A DNA stretch of 64,000 nt from Gekko japonicus (taxonomy: Eukaryota), in the NCBI RefSeq assembly GCF_001447785.1, contig NW_015175971.1:1795778-1859777 (forward strand), in the 5' to 3' direction. A program made the translations under genes and the position numbers. Below the pieces are notes generated by a model. The model had not been told where the DNA came from, searched no databases, and saw only the letters and a list, made by a program, of their open reading frames with translations. Each line of letters starts with the position of its first letter. Within the stretch, counting starts at the first letter, position 1. Below, one piece after another: positions 24,993-35,986 of this stretch.

Positions 24993-27554
24993 TAGCCCAT
25001 ACTCACACACTTTCAGCCTTAGAGGCTGGAAAGCTTAGCTTTAAATTAAAGCCAAAATTCTTCACCTACTAAATTCTGCACCCAATGTAAAATTTCTCTG
25101 CTTGCATAATATAATTGTGGAAGTGCAGAACATACAGCCAGGGCCACTGAGGGGTGGGGAACGGGGGATAAAGTTCCGGGGGGGTGTCACCCTGGGGACC
25201 AATGTTACTGGGTGAGTTATATGATGATTTCAGATTATGCTTGGGTTGTGTCTAAGGGAGGGCTGTTGGGTGAAGTCCGAGTGGTACAAGAGGGACAGAG
25301 GATCTTTTGCCTAAGGGTCCGTGGTGGCATACAGCCTTGGCTCCCTGTCAGCCAGTCCTCAGCAATAGCTTGGGAGTACTTTGGGTCAACCAGGTCCTGA
25401 CATTTGGGAAGCCTAGGCTGGATCTACACTCTAATGAGAATGCAATGTTGCATCTAGCTCACACTAACTCAGCTTAGAGGGAACACTGGTTGGATTGTGC
25501 AAGGGCATTGTTCTTGAACACAGACACATGTTTTAAAAAATCGGTGCAAGCACAAAGCAAGCTCAGCAATGAAAGCCATTCTAGCTCAGCCTTCTCTCTG
25601 AAGTGCTAGTTTTCTTCTTGCAAATTACTATTTTTTAACTATGTAGCAGAACATTAAAAAAATGCAACCCTCTACCTGTAGTCTGAGCAGATACAGTCCA
25701 CCATCCCATCTCACTCCTTTGCACATGCAAACAACCTCCTACTTAGGAGCCGGGTAGCAGACTGTACATCTCTGTAGCCCAGTTTCTGGTAAAGAGCCAC
25801 TTATTGCTGCCGCCCCCCTCAAACCAAATGCCACTCCAATTTAGAGCTAACATGACAACCAGCACAGACCGTAATAACCCCCACCCCCCACCTGCGTATG
25901 TGGCTCTCAGACCGTCTACGGACTCCAGATGAAATGAAATTTTGACAGAGGAAAATACATATTGGCAACATCTCTTGATCCCCAATTCAAAGAGAAAATT
26001 GAAACCACGTTTCCATAAGATTCAGACACTGGAAAGAAGTCCATAATAAACACAAAGAGACAGGTCCTGTAATCCCCCCCCCCTTTCCTGGCCCATTACT
26101 GTTAGGCATCTGGAGGGGGACCCCAAATTGAATGTTGCAGTTGAGTCTGTTGAACCAGAGCAACTCACAAGGAAGTTTTTGCAAATGGAGGGCAAGCGAA
26201 TTATGTTTCTGGGACAGGAGAAGCAGTTCACAACAGCAGGAATGAAAACACCTGGAGGGGGTAGTAGCCCTACACTCCACAAATGTTCCAATGTTTTGCT
26301 TTTCTACAAATGAATCTTCCCTCCAGGGAAAGACTCAGAAAATCTCACAATCAAAATTTCATTCAACAACCCACAAAAAACCTAGCTAGATCTGACTAAA
26401 AGAACAGCTCAGAATCATGGAATTATAGGCCCGGTTTGAAAACTTTCCCAGGCTGCAGACCAATCACTGGAGTCCAGAAGAATCTGCCAATCAATTGGAG
26501 TACTGATACTGCATGTCAGCATCATCACAGTCCACCAGGCCTCAAATCTAGAAAATGACCACTCCATAGAAGACACAGAGCAGAGATACACACAGAAACG
26601 TAACAGGTAACCTCATTTGAACATGAGTGATTCTGTTGCATATCTGTGTTGGGAAGACTGACTGAAGGAGTCAATCACATCTGATGCAGAGTAACAGAAT
26701 TTCCATTTTCCAGAAATGGCGGAATGGAAGGAGACCAGTCTAGAGCAGTAAATCACACAGAGACATATTGGGTAACCTCCTCTATAGATAGGTGCTTTGG
26801 GGCTCCATCTGGGAATTATTGTCCCATACAGTTCCTAGGAGGCATTTTGGAGGGGGTGTATAACTAGATGATACACTGAACTATGCACAAGCAAATGTTC
26901 ACTATTTAGTTTCTTTTTATATTTGTTTCTGTTTTTGGCAATGGTTTCAGATCATCACTTTTCACAGCTGTTTTCTGAATCCATCTGTATTATGGATACA
27001 TGTGATTTTTATATGCAATTGGTGTTGTGTTTCTATTACAATGTACATCATTTATACATATAAAATATATATAATGCATAGTGCTGATTTCTCGATGCAC
27101 AAATAATGTTGAAAAATGGATACATTTTACCAGGGAAAAATGGGTGTGAGGAAACAAAATAATGCACGCATAATTATGGATTTGAATTGCACTGGAAAGA
27201 AATTAAATTGAAATGGGGATTTTTAGGTCAAAACAGCAGAGATGAGAAATTTGAAACCATCCCTAATATTAACGGTGTATATAATCCCTCCCCCTCCCCC
27301 CAGATGTGCTTACCCTGTTATCAATCATCCAGGAAAACAGCCTGGGACACATAGATGTATTATGAGCTAGCAGGGCAGGCCTAACCACAGGGCATCTGGA
27401 GCAGCTACCCCGGGATGGGAGGTGGCCAACCTTGAATGGTGCTGCTCCCCCAACTGAGTGGGGAAGAAGAGGGAGAACAGGTTCCTGCTGCTGCTTGTCC
27501 CCTATAAAGCTTCTGCAAGCCAGCTTTGCAGGGGCCACGTGTGCCCATCCCCAT

Positions 27555-27758
27555 CAATGTCCCTTCTAAGCTGTGGAGTCCTGTGAGCAAAAATTCTATT
27601 TTGTGAGCTACTGGCATTAAAGTTGTGAGCGAATTATTCGGCTACTCCATAAATTAGTTTGCTCTGGAGCCATCCTTCCTGAGCTAAGACAGAAATGTGT
27701 GAGCCAGAGGCTAAAAAACTGGGTTAGCTCACAGTAACTCAGCTTAGAGGGAACACTG
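27555..27758. mobile_element. hAT MITE, CAGTGTTCCCTCTAAGCTG family
   Basis: Perfect 8-bp TSD ATCCCCAT (27547-27554, 27759-27766). Confidence 0.88.
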
Positions 27759-27855
27759 ATCCCCATCAAGGCTTGGGCAGCCGACTCGGGGGGGGGGGAT
27801 GGCGGCAATGCCCGCCTGTGCCCTCCAGGGCTCAGGCAAGGTCCTTCATCAGTTG

Positions 27856-28550
27856 TTTATTTATTTTTCAAATTTGTAGTCTGCCCCCCCCCATGAACGG
27901 GCTCAGGGTGGATCACAGCAATGGTTAGGTCATTCGGCAACACATAGTTAATTAAAATATTAAAATGGCATTTAAAAACAATTTGCTGGACCCTAAGCTT
28001 GTCCTCTCCGGGCCACGTGGAGATGGTGTCTTCAGCAGGGGAGGCCGAGAGTGACCGCATGCCACCATTCCCTCTGGGGCTCGGGCAAGCCAGCTGCTTC
28101 GAAGCATCAAGAGATGCAATGGGGACTGCCGGGTACAGGAGGGTCTTAACAATGTTGCCAGTTAGTTATTAAAAGCCCAAACCCCCCCCCCCCCCGGCCA
28201 CAATAAGGTCAGTGTTTCCTGCAAGGAGACTGTAAAGCAACTTGGCTTGTTTGTTTTTGAGTAAAGAAAATAGAAGAAAATTATCAACTTTGGGGTTTTT
28301 TCTAGAAGTAAAAAAGCTTATTTAAAAGGCATTGAGGGGGAAATAGCTGTTAGTTTCTTCCCCTCTGGCCAGAGAAACCAGCAAACAGCTTGTTTGTCTT
28401 TTTCTGGCAGCATAAACTGCCGGAGACCTCTGTGCGAGCTGTTCTGTAAGCCTCTTGCCACCTTGGCTCGACAGCAACCCGCCTTCTTCAGGACAGGGGC
28501 CTTCCCTTCCTTGGCCTCACTGGGGGGCCAATGATTCTGGGGCCCCATCC
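27856..28550 (-). mobile_element. L2 LINE 3' fragment
   Basis: (TTTA)n tail with GGGCTCAGGGTGG; 28380-28550 resembles the reverse complement of the L2 ORF2 end at 50540-50770. Confidence 0.6.
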
Positions 28551-28898
28551 AGGAGTTTTGTCCAGGGTCCTGGAATCACTAAGACTGTCCCCGAGAGTTG
28601 GACTGTGGGGCAAGGCCACCAGTCACTAATGGGACACAGACCAGGCTGGAGGGACCTGTTATTGGACTCTGGGGTGAGTCCACGAGTCGTTAGCTGGAGG
28701 ATTGTTAGTTGGGTCTGTGTGCCACACATCATTAGTTGGCGGTTGTCCACCATAGATCCATTGTGAATTCAGATGGCAAGTCTACCCAGCACTAGTTGGA
28801 GAAAGTCTGGGATGAACAGGCCCATCATGAGTCAAACTGTGCAGTGAGTCCATTTAGCACTGCTGGAAATAGTCTGGGATGAACAAGCCCATTATGAG

Positions 28899-29115
28899 TA
28901 GGGTTGCCAACCTCCAGGTGGTAGCTGGAGATCTCCCGCTATTTTAATTGATCCCCAGCAACAGAGATCAGTTCGCCTGGAGAAAATGGCTGCTTTGGAA
29001 GGTCAACTCTATGGCATTATACCCCACCAAATTCCCTCCTCTCCCCAAACCCTCCCCCCTCAATCTCTACCCCCAAAATCTCCAGGTATTTCTCAACCCA
29101 GAACTGGCAACCCTA
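28899..29115. mobile_element. hAT MITE, TAGGGTTGCCA family
   Basis: Perfect TIRs; decayed TSD ATTATGAG/ATCACAAG. Confidence 0.85.
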
Positions 29116-29220
29116 ATCACAAGTCAGACTAGGCAGAAAGTCCACCCACACTGGCTGGAAACAGTCTGCAATGAAGAGGCCCATTATGAGTCACTCTCTG
29201 AAGGAAGAAGAAGAAGAAGA

Positions 29221-29603
29221 ACATAAGAACATAAGAACATAAGAACATAAGAGATGCCAATGTTGGATCAGGCCAAGGCCCATCCAGTCCAACACTCTGT
29301 ATCACACAGTGGCCAGAAATACCAGTGCCATCAGGAGGTCCACCAGTGGGGCCAGGACATTAGAAGCCATCCCACTGTTGACGCCCCCAAGCACCAAGAT
29401 GACAGAGCATCACTTGCCCCAGAGTCCCTATCTATACCTTGTGGCTAATAGCCACTGATGGACCTCTGCTCCATATGCTTATCTAATTCCCTTTTGAAGC
29501 CGTCCATGCTTGTAGCCACCACCACTTCCTGTGGCAGTGAATTCCAAGTGTTAATCACTCTTTGGGTGAAGAAGTACTTCCTTTTATCCGTTCTAACCCG
29601 ACC
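29221..29603 (-). mobile_element. CR1 LINE 3' fragment with (ACATAAGA)n tail
   Basis: Four copies of the 8-bp tail repeat followed by a CR1-type 3' region; inserted in the (GAA)n tail of the adjacent SINE. Confidence 0.85.
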
Positions 29604-29605
29604 GC

Positions 29606-29922
29606 GAAGAAGAAGAAGGAGGAGGAGGAGGAGGAGGAGGAGGAGGAGATTGGATTTATACCCCGCCCTTCACTACCCAAAGGTGTCTCAGAGCGGCTTA
29701 CAAACTCCTTTCCCTTCCCCTCCCCACAACAGACACCCTGTGAGGTAGGTGGGGCTGAGAGAGCTCTTGACAGAAACTGCTCTTTTTTTCAAGAACAGCT
29801 CTTATCAGAACTACGGCTTGACCAAGGTCATCCAGCCAGATGCAAGTGGAGGAGTGGGGAATCAAACCCGGTTCTCCCAGATTAGAGTCCGCGCACTTAA
29901 CCACTACACCAAACTGGCTCTC
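29606..29922 (-). mobile_element. Squam3-like SINE, full length, with GAA/GGA tail
   Basis: Same family as 17081-17350 and 43540-43826. Confidence 0.85.
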
Positions 29923-31306
29923 CATCTATTGTGACTGGAGATGGTCCGGGATGGACAGGCCTATTACGAGTCACCCTGGGGGGCACTTCCACCCAGCACT
30001 AGTTGGGGATACAGTCCTGGATGGGCAGACCTATTATGAGTCAGACGGTGGGGAGGGAGTCCATCTGTCATAGCCGGGAGTGTCTGGGATCTACTGGCAC
30101 GTTACGAGTGGGACTGGGGCAAGTCCATTAATCACACGGGAGCCATGTCTGTAACACCGAGTGAGCCCTGCAACAAGCCCAGAAGAGCAGCGCCCCCCCA
30201 CCCTTGCAAACACTCCTGCCCCTTGTCAGAACAGCCTCTCAGTAATGGGTTCCCTCACTCGGCACTGCCGTCACTGGGAGTAGGATCTATCGCTTTGCAC
30301 AGGCAGTTTGCTTCATCACAGTAGCATAATAATAATATGCTTGGGAAGAGCTCACAGTTGTGAATTAATGTTTAAAAGCACTCAGTTTTGGGTTGTTGAA
30401 ACCCACGTTAATTTGACAAATGGCCGCCATTGGAACTCAAGCGACATTAACATGGAAATAAGAGTTAACCTCCGGCGGGGCAGAGGGAAGGTGAGAGGCA
30501 GGAGGCGTCGGCAGAAAGCAGCCGTTTTTCACCCTTCTGCGCCTCCTGTAAATACTGCCGGTGTCGTGCCTATTTATAGAATAGTAATTTAGAGGCCAGT
30601 CGGAGGGAAATCTGAATGACATCTTCCTGCGATCACTTCTCTTAGGAGGCCCTCCTCCCCCAACTCTTGAAAAATACTTGCCCGGCCACTAAATCAATTT
30701 GCTTTCCACGTGTCGCTGCATTTGCTGGGCGATTCTTTTGCATTTCTCCATCAGCATCACCTGTTTGCGGGGAGGAAGGACCGCTGCAGCAGGGAACACC
30801 CACCAGTAGGGAAGGGCGACCAGGGTACAGCAATAAAGCTCTCCAAACTTGCTCATCCCGATTTAGGGTTCTCTGGCTGCGATTGAGACAGGCTCAAGGC
30901 AGATGTTTACTTTTTCAGATTTCTGGGGCTGAAACGTCTCCGAGAGAGAGCCCTGCCGTCTACACCATCCCTCATGAAGCTGCCTTATACCAAGTTAGAT
31001 CATAGGGTCCTTTAGCAGCTTTTCAGGGGGAAGGATGGTCTTTTTGAACACTTGAAATCCTGTTAAGGGGAGATGCTGTGATGACCTTCAGCAGAGGTGC
31101 TCTGCCGCAGAGCTGCCAGGCTTCCTTATATGAATATATGAAACTGCCTTCTACCAAATCCACCTGTCCCAGGTTGACTGGCAGTGGAGCTCCAGCATCT
31201 CAAGCAGGAAAAGATCCATCCATACACCAGGAGATTATTTAAGGAGAGGTGCCAGGGTTTGAACCTGGCTGTGCTACTACCGAGCCCTTACCACCTCCTT
31301 ATTTCT

Positions 31307-31519
31307 TTCGGGGGGGGGTTGTGTGTGCTTGGGGGCCTGGAAGTCATGGTGACTTCTGGCGACCCCAAATGGGGCTTGGATGTTCCAGTATTGCCTGCCT
31401 CTACATCCCAGCCCTGGTATTCCTTGGAGGTTGTCCTTCCAAGTCCTTGCCAGGGTCATCCCTGCTTAGGTTCTGAAATCTGATGAGATTGGGCTTGCCT
31501 GGACTACCCAGGTCAGGGC
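31307..31519 (-). mobile_element. 5S rRNA-derived SINE
   Basis: 5S-like head; 20-bp TSD TACCACCTCCTTATTTCTTT (31289-31308, 31520-31539). Confidence 0.8.
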
Positions 31520-31872
31520 TACCACCTCCTTATTTCTTTTTTTTTTAATAAAGGTTTTATTTACTCTCCTGAAAAGGAGAGGTATTTTGCTTAAATAGAA
31601 AAATAGGGAGGGTATATAGTGGGAGAAAGAGAAAGCTGAGTGATATATTAACTTGTAAATTAATCTGTTAGTAATGTCCAAATTATCTTCTTAGGCTTCT
31701 TCTGTGTGCAGTCAAACTTCTTTCTTCAAACCAGTTAAAGGTGTTATCTATGTTAGTGTATTAGTAGTGTTCATTCGATGCTCTGTTAGTTAAAGTTTCC
31801 TCAAGGCGCATTCAGAACCGCTCCTTCGCGTGCTGGCTTCTTTTAAATTCCCGATTTCATGGAGGGGCTTCT

Positions 31873-32582
31873 TGTCACGGCAGGACCAGGGGGCGTGACG
31901 CAAGCAAGCAAAAGTCCAGGAACAGTCCGAGGTCAAGCCGGGCAAATCAGGTAGCAAGGTTCAAGCAGGTTTAAATCACAGTCCAAAAGCAGGGTCAGAC
32001 ATACCAAAGTTTCAAGTCCATAAATCACAACAATACCAGAGGAGTCAGAGATGAACGCAGGGTCAACAAAGCCAAAGGTCAAAAGCCGAGGATCAAGCCG
32101 AGAAGAATTCCACAAGGTCTGGAGCAGAGATGCAAGGATTCAGGTCCTGAACAAACGACGTTGCCAGCACAAATGACTGCTGGCAACAGACTTGCATATA
32201 TACAGTGCTAGCTAATCAACTCATTAGCTAGCCAGGAGTGAGGACAGGATCCTGTCAGTAATCAGGGCTAAGAGATCTTCTGGCACGCATGCGTGCATTC
32301 TGCCTTCGCTCTCTCAGCTGTTGTCTTCTTACATTCCTGAGCCTGGTTACAGGTGGAGGCGAGTCTGATGATGAATTACTGGGCTGCAGCAGAGACTGAT
32401 CCCTTGCAGGTGTTCCCTGGGAGGCTCTATCCTCCTCACCACTTAGATAGCTTTCAGCTACAGGATCCAGTCTTTGCCTTTCTGCTGCAGTACTGTCCTC
32501 AGGAGCCTGTTCAGGGTCCTCAGGAGCCTGTTCAGGGGCATCAGCAAAGGCAGGCATGACATCAGCAGGGGCAGGCATGACA
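31873..32582 (-). mobile_element. Solo LTR, probably Ty3/Gypsy type (710 bp)
   Basis: TGTCA...TGACA termini; TATATA at 32197-32202; pyrimidine-rich R/U5 with recurring CTTGACC/GGACT motifs; no matching TSD. Confidence 0.75.
32255..32578 (-). CDS. Putative LTR U3-encoded 107-aa protein (acidic N-terminus, Arg-rich C-terminus); hypothetical
   Basis: ATG lies 4 nt inside the LTR end (TGTCATG); open to just upstream of the promoter; internal duplications are 21 bp and preserve frame; no expression evidence. Confidence 0.35.
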   Translation of the reverse strand: MPAPADVMPAFADAPEQAPEDPEQAPEDSTAAERQRLDPVAESYLSGEEDRASQGTPARDQSLLQPSNSSSDSPPPVTRLRNVRRQQLRERRQNARMRARRSLSPDY

Positions 32583-35026
32583 ATCGGGAGCTTCAGACCC
32601 TGGTGTCGCGCCAGGCTTCAAGTTGCCAGTTACCCCCTGCTTACACTGCAAGCCTCCCGCTTTCGCGGAAGAACTTGCCTTCTGGATCGTCTCCCGTCCG
32701 TCCATCCACACGTGGCCCTCTTCTCCGTATCAACTCTCCTCCTGTCTTGTTGGCCTTCATCTCCCAGTTTGCCTCAGTCTGGGGGAGAGACAAAGAGTAG
32801 GACTGAAAGGCCCGTCTGAGGCCTCAGGGCCCGTTTCCTCTCAGCCCAGCCCGCTGGGTGACCCTTTCAGCAAGCTGGTATCTTGCAGTGTTTGGTTCCC
32901 CTTTGTTCCCGCCTGTCTAAACTCGAAAAGGAAATGCATGGCAGCTGTTCAACCCTTCTCTATCTTGGCCTTCAGCACTGGCTTTTCCAGGTTTGCATTT
33001 TCCTGCTTCCATGCTGTTACCATACTGAGGCCTGGAAGGAGTACGGGAGAAAGATCAACATTTCAAAAAATCCCTCTGTCAGCCAAGACCGGCCCCTTTG
33101 GGTCTCCGCTCGCGCGGATTCCCTCCTCCACCGCGGGCGGGCGAGACGCCCTCGGGAGCGACCCGAGGATGCGTCCGCCATTCGCAGGAGCCAAACCGGA
33201 AGCCCCACCTCCTTATTTCTAAGGGGACGTGTGATGGAAGGAAGACACTCAACAGATGCCCTGAGGTATTTGTTGCTATTACAGAATACTGATTTGGTAC
33301 CTCCTTGCTCAGCTTCTGGAAGGTCTTGACCTGCTTTAAGAACAGAAGGGCAGCCCTGTTGGATCAGAACCTTGGGCCAGTCACTTTCTCTCTCAGCCTA
33401 ACCTACTTTGCAGGGTTGTTTTTGTACAGATAAAATGGAGGACAATACCACAAGCCATACTGTCCCCCCCCCCAATGGGGTATAAATATCTACATAAATA
33501 TTCTCCTGTTCGTTCCCAGAAAAGCTTTGTTTCACATTGATGCTAAAAGGATGGAGATTAACATCTCCAAAAATCCATGCTATTTTGAGTCAGTGATTCT
33601 TCCCACTTTTCGACATGGGAGATCAATGTGCTGTCTCCGATTAATAAGACAAATTAGAGGAAGGCCATTTCTACAACAATGGGTAGAGGGAAACGCCTCC
33701 TTGAATTCTTTGCTATTTAGGAACACAAAAACAGGAAGGGGCCCCAGAGGTGCAGCAATTTTGTCTACCTCTGAAAACACCTTTTTACGTCAAAGGAGCT
33801 GGTCCTTAAAAGTTTTGCATTTTTAAAAAAGAAATATCTTTTACCCTTCGTCTGGTAACATTATGATTTTCTCACCTAAAGGTCTTCTTGAGAATCATGT
33901 CCAGAGACTGGACCCAAGGTCCCCAATGGAGGCATGAACGGAATTGCCTTTTTTGTGCAAAAACTACTTTACAGAATTTTAGTGAATTCCATAACACACG
34001 ATATGGTAATGGCCATCAATTACATAGCTTTTTAAAAGAACTCTATCGACAAGTACTTGCTCAAATAACTAAATAGAGCCTCCATGTTCAGGGACAGTAT
34101 ACCTGTGGATACCAGATGCTGAAAGAGCTGATTGACTTAAGGGTCTGTTATCAACTTGACCGAGGCATCTTACTGACCGCTGCTGAAAACAGGGTGCAGG
34201 TATTGATGGATCTTCGGTCTGTTCCAGCAGGGCTCTTGTTCTCTTTTAGAAATAGTTCACAGTATAAATTATAAACATGCGTAGCATTTAAACTGGACTT
34301 TTCCTCACTGCTCAAAACATATTAGAGACATTATCTTAGATACATTATCTTGGTTATCCCTACAACAATCGTGCAAGGTAGACCTGTATCACTACTGTAC
34401 TGCAGATCTCAATCTGTTTGCTGGATCACTTAATACAGAATAGTTATGCCTTAAACTATTAAAAGATCGTGCTTTGTAAATTTAAACCACAGGGATTCTA
34501 ATCTTTTTAAGCAGAGCGGGCAAGATTCTAGATGATTCCACTTGTATGAGAAGTTCAGTGCCATTCTAAACAGAGTTATATGTTTCTAAACCCATTGCCC
34601 TCAATGAACGTAGACGGGTGCTTAAGATTGTACTGTTGGGATCCAACTTGGTTGGGAGATCACACACCATCTGGATCTACGGCATGCCAAATGGGACTAT
34701 AACTCATTACCAGGAGGAAAAAAAACATTTACGTAATCAAATTGCCATAGGAGATGCTCATCGTGGGGCCAAGGTGTGAGAGAAACCCAGTTTTCCTCAG
34801 CATCCTCCAGGCCATAAATTGTAATTGTTTCTCCATTAAGGCTGATGATAAGAAATAGACAAACGGAAGGCAAACTGTACTGTGGGCAAGTCTTAGAGGC
34901 GGAAACAGGAAATCCCGTGCAAATACAGAGTATACAGGCCATCCCGGGCATCGACACAGCTGGACAGCTGATATTATTATTAGCGGCAACCATGAAAATA
35001 CTCTGTGTGTATGTGTGTATTCAGGA

Positions 35027-35377
35027 GCTGCGGTGGCTCAAGTGGTTAAGATGCTGAACTGCAGGCTGTGGAAGGTCGGTAGTTCAGCAGTTCGAGACCT
35101 GAGTGTGCCGCATGACGGAGTGAGCTCCTGTCTCTAGTTCCAGCTCCTGCCAACCTAGCTGTTCGAAAGCAAGAAATTGCAAGTAGATAAAGAGGTACCA
35201 CTTCGGTGGGAAGGTAACAGCGTTCCGTGCGCCTCGGTGTTTAGTCATGCCGGCCACATGACCACGGAAACGTCTTCGGACAGCGCTGGCTCTTCGGCTT
35301 TGAAACGGAGATGAGCACCGCAACCCTAGAGTCGGATTTGACTGGCTTTCGAGCAAGGGAACCCTTTACCTTTACCT
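35027..35377 (+). mobile_element. Sauria SINE (Squam1-like), full length
   Basis: tRNA-like head, core GCCAACCTAGCTGTTCGAAAGC, (ACCTTT)n tail; 16-bp TSD ATGTGTGTATTCAGGA. Confidence 0.92.
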
Positions 35378-35986
35378 ATGTGTGTATTCAGGACTATTCA
35401 AAGAGCCAGTGCAATCCAAGTCTCAGGTTAAGACAGGGTGTTCCAGGTTCAAAGCCAGAGTGGATGGACAAAAGGAATTCCGTCTGTACTCAGCGAGTCA
35501 TTAAATGGCGGGGTTCACTGTCAGAGGATGTAGTGAAAGCCACCGGCACAGATGACTTTAGAAAGGGACTAGATAGATTCATGAAGGATAGAAAGGTCCA
35601 TTAGGGGCTACTAGCCATGGTAACTAAAAGGAGGCAACACCAGGGGAAGGCCCTGGTCTCTATGCCATCTAGGGAAATTGGTTGGCCACTGTGTGAAACG
35701 GAATACTAAACTAACAGGCCACTGGTCTGATCCAGCCCCCTGTCAACGGTGAAACTTGGGCCAGTCACACCCACCCACCCACATACACACACAACCCCCC
35801 CCCCGTCCGTTGTACCCCATGAGGGCAAAATGAATGAAAAAAGAGCCATGATTCCTGAGCTGCTTAAGGGTGGGGTGAAAGGTAGTGTGCCATCTAGTTG
35901 CAGTTGCAGCCATCTCCTAGAGACCCCAAGAAGTTCCACCTCATGGGGTTTTGAAGGCATGAGGTGAGCAGATCTGATTTGCCATC

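Larger units (their letters stand above)
28570..30130. repeat. Degenerate ~68-bp tandem repeat interrupted by three TEs
   Basis: Recurring GTCCACCCAGCACTAGTTGGA...GTCTGGGATG.ACAGGCC.ATTA.GAGTCA; spacing 67-70 bp at 28821/28888 and 29960/30030/30098. Confidence 0.75.
31538..33204 (-). mobile_element. Non-autonomous L1-mobilised retroelement containing a solo LTR
   Basis: 16-bp TSD CCACCTCCTTATTTCT (31522-31537, 33205-33220); minus-strand AATAAA plus poly(A); CpG-rich 5' end GGCTTCCGG...ATGGCGG; empty site TTTCT/AA fits L1 endonuclease preference. Confidence 0.8.

Noticed and set aside
29458-29885. ORFs with poly-Arg and poly-Glu runs
   Set aside because: Translations of the GAA/GGA SINE tail and CR1 antisense strand.
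28570-30130. CRISPR-like repeat-spacer array
   Set aside because: Eukaryotic context; units are similar along their whole length with no unique spacers and no cas genes.
33050-33578. Similar 25-mers encoding INISKNP at ~33050 and ~33553
   Set aside because: Short AT-rich match with no extension; consistent with chance.
35027-35100. tRNA-like and 5S-like sequences as real RNA genes
   Set aside because: All are SINE heads with tails, often with TSDs, and lack complete tRNA or 5S structure.
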